From positions 5,664-69,663 of the forward strand of contig CADCTF010000053.1 in the NCBI GenBank assembly GCA_902805655.1: a stretch of DNA of 64,000 nucleotides, written 5' to 3'. The notes under the pieces are model-generated. The model was not told where the DNA came from, did not search any database, and saw only the letters and a list, made by a program, of their open reading frames with translations. The position numbers and the translations under genes were made by a program. Numbering within the stretch: position 1 is the first letter of the stretch; every line of letters begins with the position of its first letter. The DNA comes from an uncultured Acidimicrobiales bacterium (GTDB taxonomy: Bacteria > Actinomycetota > Acidimicrobiia > Acidimicrobiales > CADCTF01). Below are positions 35,420 to 44,292 of this stretch, piece by piece.

Positions 35420-38400
35420 TCAGGCGCCGGCGGCCACCTTCTCGCTGATGACCCGGCTCGATCCGCCGGGCAGCATGGTGACCCCGTACAGGCAGTCGGC
35501 CGCCTCCATGGTGCGCTTCTGGTGGCTGACGATCACGAGCTGAGCCTCCCGACGGAACTCGCCGATGAGGTCGAGGAAGCGGTGGAGGTTGACGTCGTCG
35601 AGCGCAGCCTCCACCTCGTCCATGAGGTAAAAGGGCGACGGACGGCTCCGGAAGACGGCGAACAGGAACGCCAGCGCGGTGAGCGAGCGCTCTCCGCCCG
35701 ACAGCAGGGACAGCTGGCGGACGTTCTTCCCCGACGGTCGGGCCTCGACCTCGATGCCGGTCTCGAGCAGGTTGTCGGGGTCGGTGAGCCGGAGCCGCCC
35801 CGTCCCACCCGGGAACAAGGTGGTGAACAGCAGCGCGAAGTTCTCCGACACGTCGGCGTAGGCGGCGGCGAACACCTCCACGATCTCGGCGTCGATGGCC
35901 CGGATCACCTTGGCCAGCTCCCGGCGGCCGGCCTTCACATCGTCGAGCTGCTCGTCGAGGAAGGCCTGCCGCTCCTGCAGCGCGGCGAGCTCCTCGAGCG
36001 CGAGCGGGTTGATGGCCCCCATCAGCCTGAGCTCTCGCTCGAGCTCTCGCGCGCGTGTGGGGGCACTGGTGCCGGCCGGCAGCTCGGGGCAGGCGGTGAG
36101 CATGGCTGTGTCGGGCTCGCAGTCGAACTCCCGACGGAGCACCTCCACGGCCTGCTCCAGGCGCACCCGGACCTCCGCCCCGTCGAGCTCGGCCCGCTGC
36201 TGCTTCTCCCGTAGCTCGCCCAGGTGGCGCTCGGCGGCCGCTCGCTCGCGTCGTAGGCCCTCGAGGCGCTCGGTGACGGATCGGACCTGCTCGGCGTGAC
36301 GCCGTCGCTCGTCGCGCCGGGCCGCCACCTCCGTCTCCACGAGCGCCAGGTGGCCGGAGACCAGCGTCGACAGCCGCTCGGTGGCGATGGCTCGGGCCTC
36401 GATGCGGTGCCGACCGGCCTCTGCCTCGTTGCGCTGGGCGACGTTGCGCCGGAGCCGCTCGTCCACCTCGGACATTCGTCGCGACAGGTAGGCGCGGCGC
36501 TCCTCGAGCCCGGCCGCCCGGACCTCGAGGTCTTTGCGCAGGGCGCTGACCGCAGTCGCTCGCTCCTCGAGTCGTGCCCGCTCGGCCTGCATGGCCGATG
36601 CCTGTGCGGCCCGGGCCTCCTCGGCCGCGAGCAGCTCGGGGAGCCGAGCCTCGAGCTCGGCCACCCGGGCCTGCTCTCGCGACACCCGGTCGCTCAGCTC
36701 CACGATGTGCGCCTCGAGCGTCTGTCGCTCGGCCACCACGTCGCGAAGCTGCACCTGGAGGCGCTGCAGGGCGTCGACGGCCGCGGATCGCCGGGAGCGG
36801 TTGTCGTCCACCGCCCGCCTCAGCCGTGCCTCGTCGTCCCGAGCGGTGACCGCCTCCGCCTTGGCCCGGCGGAGCCGCTCCTCCGCCTGCCCACGGGCGT
36901 GGTCGGCCTTGGCCGACTGCTGCTGCGCTTCGTCCAGGGCGGCGCCGGTGGCCCCTGCACCTGCAGCACCCGCACGCCAGCCTCCGGCTGCGAACCGGTC
37001 GCCGTCACGGGTGACCACCACCACGGACGGGTGGTCGAGAGCCAGGTCGAGCGCGTTCTTCCACGATCCACGCACCGCCACGGCATTGGCCAGCAGCACA
37101 TCGAGGAGCCGCTCCACCTCGGTCGTGGACGACCGCACGTGATCGCGCACGGGCGACCCGGCGGCGGTGGCCTCGATCGGCAGGGCCACGGGATGGCGAG
37201 GGCCACCCAGGGCAAGTACGGAGCCGGCCTGCCCGGTCGTGCGCAGGTGCTCGAGCGCCTGGCGAGCGGAGTCGACGCTTCCCACGACGACCGCAGCGAT
37301 CGCTTCCCCCGCGGCCGCCTCGAAGGCGTTCTGCCAGCCCTCGTCCACCTCGACCAGGTCGAGCAGCGTGCCGACGACGCCGTCGACACCGGCCAGGCGT
37401 TCGGCTCCGGCCCGCGCTCTTGCCTCGTCGAGAGCCGAGGCCAGCGCTTCGGCCCGGGCCCGCCAGGCGTGGACATCGGCGTCGGCCGACCGGAGGGCCT
37501 TCTCCGCTGCCGACAGCTCCGCCTCCGCAGCTGCTCGACGCTCCCCGGAGCAACCGACCTCGGCGGTCAGCGGTGCTTCGGCCGCATCGGCGGCGGCCAC
37601 CTCCGCCGCCAGCCGCTCCGACTCGCCCGCCAACCGGGCATCCTTGGCCTCGAGGCCCTGGCGACGCTCGTGAGAGCGGGCCAGCTCGGCTGCGCCCCGT
37701 TCGGCGCTGCCGCGCAGGGCCACGAGCTCGCCCCGCATCTCCGCCCCATCGGTCGGCGCGACCGTGGCCGAGCCGTCACCCCACCGCTCGTCGAAGGCCG
37801 CCCTCACGGCCGCCAGCGCCAGCTCCGCCTCCTGCACCTCGTCGTCACGCGGAACGAGCTGCCCGGCCGCTTCGTCCACCTCCTCCAGCTCCGAAGCGAG
37901 GCGGGCGAAGTCCGCTTCCAGGCTGGCGATGACGCCCTGGTCGACCGAGGACGCCCGATCCCGCTCGATGCCACGCGCCCGCTCGGCCAGCACCGCGCTC
38001 AGGCCGCGAGCCCGTTCGCGAAGGCTCTCGGCCAGCATCAGCGCCTCGGACTGCTCGGCGCCGCTGGTGAGCGAGAGCGTGGCCTCGGTGGAAGCGACGG
38101 AGGAGTCCAGTGCCGACAGGCGGGCCTTCACCTGGACCTCGGCGGCCAGCAGATCCCGCTTCACCCCCGCTGTGGCGTCGGCGCGCTGTCGCAGCGAAGC
38201 GACGTCGCGCCCAGCCAGATGGAGCCGCAGCTGGCTCAGCTCGGCGGCCAGGCTGCCGTGGCGTCGAGCGGAGTCCGCCTGGCGCTCGAGCGGGCGCAGC
38301 CGGCGGCGGACCTCACGCAGCAGGTCCTGCAGCCGGACGTAGTTGGCCTCCGTGGCGTCGAGCCGCCGCTGCGCCCGCTCCCGGCGACGCCGGAACTTGA

Positions 38401-38902
38401 GCACTCCGGCGGCCTCCTCGATCACCAGGCGCCGCTCCTCGGCCCGGCTGTTGAGGACGGCGTCGATCTGGCCCTGGCTGACGATCACGTGCTGCTGCCG
38501 GCCGACACCCGAGTCCGACAGGAGCTCCTGCACGTCGAGCAGCCGGCAGGGCGCGCCGTTGATGGCGTAAGCGCTGTCACCCGACCGGAAGAGCGTCCTC
38601 GTGAGGGTGACCTCGGAGAAGCCGATCTGCAGCAGGCCGTCCGAGTTGTCGATGGTGAGGCTCACCTCGGCACGCCCCAGTGCGGTGCGGTTGGCCGACC
38701 CGGCGAAGATGACGTCCTCCATCTTCGCCGAGCGCACCGTGCGTGGCCCCTGCGCGCCGAGCACCCAGGCCACGGCGTCCACCACGTTCGACTTGCCGGA
38801 GCCGTTGGGCCCCACGACCACGGTGATGCCGGGCTCGAAGTGCAGCGTCGTGGTGTCGGCGAACGACTTGAAACCCTTCAGGGTCAGCGATTTCAGGAAC
38901 AC
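35420..38902 (-). CDS. smc: Chromosome partition protein Smc
   Basis: 1160 aa with Walker A GPNGSGKSN, long coiled coils, a hinge, the signature LSGGERSLTALAF and Walker B FYLMDEVEAALD. Confidence 0.95.
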   Translation of the reverse strand: MFLKSLTLKGFKSFADTTTLHFEPGITVVVGPNGSGKSNVVDAVAWVLGAQGPRTVRSAKMEDVIFAGSANRTALGRAEVSLTIDNSDGLLQIGFSEVTLTRTLFRSGDSAYAINGAPCRLLDVQELLSDSGVGRQQHVIVSQGQIDAVLNSRAEERRLVIEEAAGVLKFRRRRERAQRRLDATEANYVRLQDLLREVRRRLRPLERQADSARRHGSLAAELSQLRLHLAGRDVASLRQRADATAGVKRDLLAAEVQVKARLSALDSSVASTEATLSLTSGAEQSEALMLAESLRERARGLSAVLAERARGIERDRASSVDQGVIASLEADFARLASELEEVDEAAGQLVPRDDEVQEAELALAAVRAAFDERWGDGSATVAPTDGAEMRGELVALRGSAERGAAELARSHERRQGLEAKDARLAGESERLAAEVAAADAAEAPLTAEVGCSGERRAAAEAELSAAEKALRSADADVHAWRARAEALASALDEARARAGAERLAGVDGVVGTLLDLVEVDEGWQNAFEAAAGEAIAAVVVGSVDSARQALEHLRTTGQAGSVLALGGPRHPVALPIEATAAGSPVRDHVRSSTTEVERLLDVLLANAVAVRGSWKNALDLALDHPSVVVVTRDGDRFAAGGWRAGAAGAGATGAALDEAQQQSAKADHARGQAEERLRRAKAEAVTARDDEARLRRAVDDNRSRRSAAVDALQRLQVQLRDVVAERQTLEAHIVELSDRVSREQARVAELEARLPELLAAEEARAAQASAMQAERARLEERATAVSALRKDLEVRAAGLEERRAYLSRRMSEVDERLRRNVAQRNEAEAGRHRIEARAIATERLSTLVSGHLALVETEVAARRDERRRHAEQVRSVTERLEGLRRERAAAERHLGELREKQQRAELDGAEVRVRLEQAVEVLRREFDCEPDTAMLTACPELPAGTSAPTRARELERELRLMGAINPLALEELAALQERQAFLDEQLDDVKAGRRELAKVIRAIDAEIVEVFAAAYADVSENFALLFTTLFPGGTGRLRLTDPDNLLETGIEVEARPSGKNVRQLSLLSGGERSLTALAFLFAVFRSRPSPFYLMDEVEAALDDVNLHRFLDLIGEFRREAQLVIVSHQKRTMEAADCLYGVTMLPGGSSRVISEKVAAGA

Positions 38903-38965
38903 CGCGGGGGACGCTACCGCCGTGGCCCTCCGCAGCCGCGGAGCCTCAGCCGGTGACGCGCGCCG

Positions 38966-39805
38966 TCAGACCTGGCAGTTCGAGCAGAGGAAGTGCGAGC
39001 GACCGTTGGCCTTGACCCGGGTCAGCGGGGTGCGGCACCGGCGGCACGGCAGCCCTTCGCGGTCGTACACGTTGTGCTGCTGCTGGTACGTGCCGGTCTC
39101 GCCGAACAGGTCCCGGTACTGCTGGTCCGCAAGGGACGAGCCGCGATGCTTGATGGCGTCCTGGAGGATCTCCTGCATGGCGCGCGACAAGCGACGCACC
39201 TCCTGCGCGGAGAGCGTGTCGGACCCGCGGTCGGATCGCAGGCCCGCCTCCCACAGGATCTCGTCCGAGTAGATGTTCCCGATGCCGGCGATGAACCGCT
39301 GATCCATCAGCAGGTCCTTCAGCTTGCGCTTCTTCACGTGCAGCATCTCGGCGAAGCGGTTCCAGCTGATGACGTCCTCGATCGGGTCGAAGCCGAGGTG
39401 CGCCAGCTCCGGCGCGGCCTCCGCCAGCTCGTCGGGCGTGGACACGAACAGCTCGCCGAAGGTTCGCGGGTCGACGTAGCGCAGCTGGCCCGCCGAGCTG
39501 AACGTGATCACGACGTGGGTGTGCTTGGCGAGGGGCTCCTTCGGCCCCTTGGCCCGCAGCAGCTGGCCGCTCATGCCCAGGTGCACCACCAACAGGTCGG
39601 CATCGTCGAGGAGCAGCAGCAGGTACTTGCCCCGGCGCTGCACCGAGGCGACCTTCCGGCCTTCGAGGCGACCGCTGAACTCCTCTGCGGTCGCGTGTCT
39701 GCGGATCGACCGCATTCCGGTGACCTCGACGGTCTTGATCCGCTTGCCCACGACCTCCTTCTCGAGGTCGCGACGGATCGTCTCCACCTCGGGCAGCTCG
39801 GGCAT
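38966..39805 (-). CDS. mutM: Formamidopyrimidine-DNA glycosylase
   Basis: 279 aa with N-terminal MPELPEVE and a C-terminal zinc finger CRRCRTP...CSNCQ. Confidence 0.95.
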   Translation of the reverse strand: MPELPEVETIRRDLEKEVVGKRIKTVEVTGMRSIRRHATAEEFSGRLEGRKVASVQRRGKYLLLLLDDADLLVVHLGMSGQLLRAKGPKEPLAKHTHVVITFSSAGQLRYVDPRTFGELFVSTPDELAEAAPELAHLGFDPIEDVISWNRFAEMLHVKKRKLKDLLMDQRFIAGIGNIYSDEILWEAGLRSDRGSDTLSAQEVRRLSRAMQEILQDAIKHRGSSLADQQYRDLFGETGTYQQQHNVYDREGLPCRRCRTPLTRVKANGRSHFLCSNCQV

Positions 39806-40555
39806 CTACAGGCCTTCCTGGTCGTCCGGCGACCGAACCGGCGCAGGAGTGAGCCGGTGCTCGATCTCCAGCCATGCGGCGCGAGCCGCGGCCTGCTCCG
39901 CCTGCTTCTTCGACCGACCTTCGCCGGCGCCCCGTACCCGTCCCTCCAACGAGACGGTCGCGAAGAAGCGCTTCGCATGGTCGGGGCCTTCGTCGGCCAC
40001 CGCGTAGCGCGGCACGACGTCGAGGTCTCGCGCCGCCATCTCCTGGAGCCGGGTCTTGTAGTCGTGACCCCCGGGGCCCGCAGCCGCCTCGGTGATGCGG
40101 GTGCCGAGCAGGCTCATCACCAGGTCGGCAGCTGCCTCCCATCCCCCGTCGATGTAGACGGCGCCGATGACGGCCTCCATGGCGTCAGCCAGGATGGAGG
40201 GCTTCTCCCGTCCTCCGGAGGCGTCCTCCCCCTTGCCGAGGAGGATGGCGTCGCCGAGCCCGATGCTCTCGGCCAGCTCGGCGAGAGCCTCGGAGCTCAC
40301 GAGGGCGGCGCGCACCTTGGCCAGCTCGCCCTCCGGCAGGTCCGGGTACCTGCGGTACAGATGATCGGTCACCACGAGCCCCAGCACGGCGTCACCGAGG
40401 AACTCGAGCCGTTCGTTGGACTCGGACCCGTCGACCTCGGCGCACCACGACCTATGGGCGAGGGAGCGCTCGAAGAGTGCGTGATCTTGGAACGGCCGGC
40501 CGAGACGGAGGGCGAGGGCCTCCGTCGAGGAACCCGAGCGCTCCGGCGCGGTCAG
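39806..40555 (-). CDS. rnc: Ribonuclease III (start inferred at non-canonical CTG 40555 or ATT 40558)
   Basis: The catalytic signature NERLEFLGDAVLG and the N-terminal FQDHALFERSLAHRSW lie upstream of the first canonical start (GTG 40387). The frame is open back to TGA 40621-40619. A dsRBD lies at the C-terminus. Confidence 0.85.
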   Translation of the reverse strand: MTAPERSGSSTEALALRLGRPFQDHALFERSLAHRSWCAEVDGSESNERLEFLGDAVLGLVVTDHLYRRYPDLPEGELAKVRAALVSSEALAELAESIGLGDAILLGKGEDASGGREKPSILADAMEAVIGAVYIDGGWEAAADLVMSLLGTRITEAAAGPGGHDYKTRLQEMAARDLDVVPRYAVADEGPDHAKRFFATVSLEGRVRGAGEGRSKKQAEQAAARAAWLEIEHRLTPAPVRSPDDQEGL

Positions 40556-40568
40556 AATCGACCTTGTC

Positions 40569-40862
40569 CTAGGCCTCGAGCTTGGCGACGACGTAGTCGA
40601 CGGCGTCCCGCACCGTCTTCAGGTCCTCGAGGTCTTCGTCGTCGATGCGGAAGCCGACCGACCGCTCGCTCAGCTCCTCCTCGAGGGCCTCGACCAGCTC
40701 GATCAGGGCCAGCGAGTCGGCGTCGAGGTCATCGGCGAAGGACGCACCTTCGGTGATCGTGCTGCCCTCCACCTCCAAGATGTCGGCCAGGCGGTCACGA
40801 ATGAGCTCGAAGACCTCCTGGCGACCCATGGGGCCCCGTTCCACATGCGTCTCTGCCGGCAC
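40569..40862 (-). CDS. acpP: Acyl carrier protein
   Basis: DDLDADSLALIELVEALEE contains the phosphopantetheine Ser (DSL). GTG 40862 is preceded by GAGGAG. An alternative start is ATG 40829. Confidence 0.85.
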   Translation of the reverse strand: MPAETHVERGPMGRQEVFELIRDRLADILEVEGSTITEGASFADDLDADSLALIELVEALEEELSERSVGFRIDDEDLEDLKTVRDAVDYVVAKLEA

Positions 40863-40914
40863 CGCTGCTCCTCTGATCGCGCGTCGCGGGCGGCATGCTA
40901 CCCACGTTCAGCCA

Positions 40915-40943
40915 CTACCCGATGCCACTCGGGCATCGGGTAG
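40915..40943 (-). terminator. Perfect 12-bp hairpin (CTACCCGATGCC-ACTCG-GGCATCGGGTAG) after hsp20
   Basis: Read directly. Lies 22 nt downstream of the hsp20 stop and upstream of acpP. No U-tract. Confidence 0.5.
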
Positions 40944-40964
40944 GGCTGACGACGTGACCCGCGC

Positions 40965-41438
40965 TCAGGCGGCGTTGTGGCCCTGTAGCCCGCCCGGGCG
41001 GCTCGAGGCGTCGATCGCGGTGGAGCCCGACGCCCCGCCGCCCACGCTCACCTCTACCCGCCGAGCCTTCGCGGCCTCCGCGGTGGGGATGGTCAGGGTG
41101 AGCACGCCTTGGTCGTAGTGCGCCTCCAGGCGGTCGACGTCCAGGGTGTCGCCGAGGAACAGCTGGCGCGTCGACGTGCCTCTGGGGCGCTCGGCGACGA
41201 CGACCTCGTCACCCTCTTCCGGCCTCCACGATCGGTCGGCGCGCACGGTGAGCACGTTCTTCTCGACGGTCAGGTCGATGCTCGACGGGTCGACGCCGGG
41301 CATGTCGAGGTGGACCAGGAAGCGGTCACCCCGTCGATAGGCATCGATCGGGATGCCGGCGGGAGCGTGGCCCGTCTGGTTGAGGGCCTGCTCGGTCAGC
41401 CGGTCGAGCTCTCGGAAGGGATCCCAGCGCAGCAACAT
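40965..41438 (-). CDS. Small heat-shock protein (Hsp20/alpha-crystallin)
   Basis: Start at ATG 41438 with SD AAGGAGGAG. MLLRWDPFRELDRL is followed by the alpha-crystallin core ...FLVHLDMPGVDP...VLTLTIP. Confidence 0.9.
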   Translation of the reverse strand: MLLRWDPFRELDRLTEQALNQTGHAPAGIPIDAYRRGDRFLVHLDMPGVDPSSIDLTVEKNVLTVRADRSWRPEEGDEVVVAERPRGTSTRQLFLGDTLDVDRLEAHYDQGVLTLTIPTAEAAKARRVEVSVGGGASGSTAIDASSRPGGLQGHNAA

Positions 41439-41485
41439 TCTCGACTCTCCTCCTTGGGGACGAAGAAAAACCGGTCGATCCGAGC

Positions 41486-41511
41486 AACGGACCTCCATCC
41501 GGTGCTATTCC
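41486..41511 (-). promoter_or_regulatory. Candidate ECF SigR/SigH-type promoter (GGAAT-N18-GTT) for hsp20
   Basis: On the minus strand, GGAAT (41511-41507), an 18-nt spacer and GTT (41488-41486). The GTT ends 47 nt upstream of the hsp20 ATG. Confidence 0.4.
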
Positions 41512-41542
41512 CGACGGAGCAGAGAAGTTGCTGGTGACGCGC

Positions 41543-42520
41543 TCAGGTCTCGGGTGCAACCGCAACGGCCAGCTGGCCGACCACATCGGCCTCCACCAGG
41601 TCGCGGGCGACGATCAGTGCGTTGACGATGGCCTTCGCCGACGACGAGCCGTGGCTGATGATGCACACGCCCTTGAGCCCGAGCGCCATGGCCCCGCCGA
41701 AGGTGTCGGGGTCGAGCTCCTCCGCCAGCGGGAGCAACAGGGGGAGCAGAACCTCCGAGGCCTTGACCGCCTCGTCCGAGCTCATCAGGGCGCTGAAGAC
41801 GGCGTCGCGGAGGAACTTCATGCCGCCCTCGAGGGTCTTCAGGGCCACGTTGCCGGTGAAGCCGTCCGTCACCGCAACGTCGACGTCGGGCGACATGAGG
41901 TCCCGCCCCTCGATGTTGCCGATGAAGTCGATGCCTCGGGCCAGCTTGAGGAGGGCGAAGGCGTCGCGCTGCAGCTCCGTGCCCTTGGAGTCCTCCTCCC
42001 CGATGTTGAGCAGGCCCACCCGAGGCTCGGCGATGCCGAAGCGCGCCCGGGAGTAGGCGGAGCCCATCTGCGCGAACTGCACCAGCCAGGGGGCCTGCAC
42101 CTCGGCGTTGGCACCGGCATCGAGCAGCACCGTGGGGTTGGAACCCGGCACGGGGATCGGCGTGGCGATGGCCGGCCGGCTGACGCCCGGAAGGCGCCCC
42201 ATCCGCAGGAGGGCGGCGGTGACGGTGGCGCCCGTGTTCCCTGCACTCACCATGGCTGAAGCCTTGCCGTCACGCACCGCCTCAGCCGCAACGACCAGGG
42301 AGGAGTCCTTCTTGCGACGCACGGCTCGTGCGCCCTCCTCGTGCATGTCGATGACCTCGGTGCACGGCAGGACCTCCAGGCCCTGGGGGTCGCCGATCAG
42401 GTCCGGCGGGCCCACCAGGACGACCGGGATGCCGAGCTCGCGGGACGCATGCCGCGCGCCGGCGACGATCTCGTGTGGGGCCTTGTCGCCCCCGAGGGCG
42501 TCGACCGCTATGGGAAGCAT
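41543..42520 (-). CDS. plsX: Phosphate acyltransferase PlsX
   Basis: 325 aa with MLPIAVDALGGDKAP, GNTGA and IISHGSS motifs. Confidence 0.95.
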   Translation of the reverse strand: MLPIAVDALGGDKAPHEIVAGARHASRELGIPVVLVGPPDLIGDPQGLEVLPCTEVIDMHEEGARAVRRKKDSSLVVAAEAVRDGKASAMVSAGNTGATVTAALLRMGRLPGVSRPAIATPIPVPGSNPTVLLDAGANAEVQAPWLVQFAQMGSAYSRARFGIAEPRVGLLNIGEEDSKGTELQRDAFALLKLARGIDFIGNIEGRDLMSPDVDVAVTDGFTGNVALKTLEGGMKFLRDAVFSALMSSDEAVKASEVLLPLLLPLAEELDPDTFGGAMALGLKGVCIISHGSSSAKAIVNALIVARDLVEADVVGQLAVAVAPET

Positions 42521-42532
42521 GCGGCGAGCCGA

Positions 42533-42712
42533 CTAGTCGACGTCGAGCGCCTGACGGCCCCCGTACCAGCCACAGTTGCCGCACACGACGTGGGGCAGCT
42601 TCGCCTGGGCGCACTGCGGGCAGACGCTCCGCGCCGGGACGCTGAGCTTCCAGTTGGCCGCGCGCCGGCTGCGGCTCTTCATCTTGGAGGTCTTCTTCTT
42701 GGGGACGGCCAT
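42533..42712 (-). CDS. rpmF: 50S ribosomal protein L32
   Basis: Start at ATG 42712. MAVPKKKTSKMKSRSRRA... with CPQC...CGNC zinc-ribbon cysteines. Confidence 0.9.
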   Translation of the reverse strand: MAVPKKKTSKMKSRSRRAANWKLSVPARSVCPQCAQAKLPHVVCGNCGWYGGRQALDVD

Positions 42713-42738
42713 TTCGGGGTCGTGCTCGCTTTCAGGGT

Positions 42739-43245
42739 TTACGGGTCGCGCAGCTGGTCGAGCGCCGCCCACCGGGGATCGGCAGGTGCTGCGCACGAGC
42801 AACCGCCCTCGTTGCGGTCCGCCCCACACTCGGGGCAGAGGCCCTGGCAATCCTCTCGACAGAGCGGCGCCCGGGGCAACTCGAGCATGACAGTGTCGCG
42901 CGCCATCGGCCCCAGGTCGATCTGGCTGTGGGCCACGGGATAGGTCTCGTCCTCGACGAAGCGCTCCTCGAAGCGCTCACGCACGGGCACCTGCAGCTGG
43001 CCTTCCACTTGACGCAGGCAGCGCCGGCAGGTGCCGCGGTACGGAGCGGTGACGGTGCCGACGGCGTCGAGGGCCGTGTCCGCCACGAACTGCAGCTCCA
43101 CATCGACCACCACCTCGGCGTGCAGGGGCACCTCGGTGCCGAGCACCACGAGATCGTCCAGCGGTGCGGACCGGCGCTCGCGGCGGGCGTTCCCGGTGCG
43201 GAGCACGTTTCCGACGTGGACCTGGAAGGGCGAGCGAATGGACAC
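42739..43245 (-). CDS. yceD: YceD/DUF177 family protein
   Basis: C-terminal CREDCQGLCPECGADRNEGGCSC cysteine cluster. Conserved yceD-rpmF pairing. Start set at GTG 43245. Confidence 0.8.
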   Translation of the reverse strand: MSIRSPFQVHVGNVLRTGNARRERRSAPLDDLVVLGTEVPLHAEVVVDVELQFVADTALDAVGTVTAPYRGTCRRCLRQVEGQLQVPVRERFEERFVEDETYPVAHSQIDLGPMARDTVMLELPRAPLCREDCQGLCPECGADRNEGGCSCAAPADPRWAALDQLRDP

Positions 43246-43258
43246 GACGCCCCTCAGG

Positions 43259-43804
43259 CTAGGAGGAGTCCTGGTCGAAGAAGACCTCAGCCTCGGCGTC
43301 GCCACCGAGAGCAAGGTCTTCCTCGGCCGCCGAGGCCGGGTTGGCGCGCAGCTTCTCGCGACCGGCCCGCACCGTCTTCACCGTCCGCTCGAGCACGATC
43401 TCGAAGCCGGCCAGCTTCTGGTCGCAGTAGTCCTCGGCCTCGTGGCGCAGCCGCCTCGCGTCCGCCTGGGCCGCCTCAAGTGTGCGCTGAGCGGTGTGGC
43501 GCGCCTCGCGCACGATCTCCTGGCGCTCGACCATCCGCTCGGCGCGGACCCGGGCCGCCTCGAGGATGTCGTCCGCCTCACGGGCCACCTTGGCGAGGAA
43601 CTCCTCGCGCTCCTTCAGCAGGTAGCGGGCGTCCCGGAGCTCGGTGGGCAGGCGGTGGACCGCCTGGTCGAGCAGCTCCAGCACCTCGTCCTTGTTGTCG
43701 AGCTTCACCGAGCTCGACAGCGGGATCGAGCGGGTGGCGGAGATCATGTCCATCACCCGGTGCAGCAGCGCCTCGGCGTCGACCGCAGGCGGCCCCTCGG
43801 TCAT
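43259..43804 (-). CDS. Coiled-coil DivIVA-like protein, SepIVA (Rv2927c)-like by position and C-terminal motif
   Basis: 181 aa. EDYCDQKLAGFEIVLERTVKTVRAGREKL resembles the SepIVA tail (CDIYVDNKLAEFEEFL...). It lies directly upstream of yceD, as in mycobacteria. Confidence 0.55.
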   Translation of the reverse strand: MTEGPPAVDAEALLHRVMDMISATRSIPLSSSVKLDNKDEVLELLDQAVHRLPTELRDARYLLKEREEFLAKVAREADDILEAARVRAERMVERQEIVREARHTAQRTLEAAQADARRLRHEAEDYCDQKLAGFEIVLERTVKTVRAGREKLRANPASAAEEDLALGGDAEAEVFFDQDSS

Positions 43805-44292
43805 CGAGGTGACGTGAACTTGTCGGCCAGCCGCTTGGCCACCACCTCCGGCACCATCGTGCCGACGCGCTCGGCACCGCCGAACTGCGCGATCTGGCGG
43901 ATCAGTGAGCTGGCGATGAAGGAGTGCACCGAGCTCGTCGGCAGGAACACCGTCTCCATGCCGGAGATGGCCTTGTTCATCTGGGCCTGCTGCAGCTCGA
44001 AGCCGAAGTCGGTCGAGTCCCGCAGACCCTTGACGATCACGTCCGCCTCGACCTCACGGGCCACGTCGACGGTCAGCTTGGTCATCGAGACGACGTCGAT
44101 GTTGCCGAGATGGCCGAGCACCTCGGTGATCATGTCCTTGCGCTCGTCGAGCGTGAACAACGGCTCGCCCTTGCCGGGGTTCCGGATGGCGGCGACGATC
44201 ACGCGGTCGTAGAGGCGGGAGGCCGTCTCGAAGATCTCGACGTGTCCGTTGTGCAGGGGATCGAACGAACCCGGGCAGAGAGCGGTCCTCAT
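43801..44292 (-). CDS. coaD: Phosphopantetheine adenylyltransferase
   Basis: 163 aa with CPGSFDPLHNGHVEI (the HxGH nucleotidyltransferase motif). Confidence 0.95.
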   Translation of the reverse strand: MRTALCPGSFDPLHNGHVEIFETASRLYDRVIVAAIRNPGKGEPLFTLDERKDMITEVLGHLGNIDVVSMTKLTVDVAREVEADVIVKGLRDSTDFGFELQQAQMNKAISGMETVFLPTSSVHSFIASSLIRQIAQFGGAERVGTMVPEVVAKRLADKFTSPR

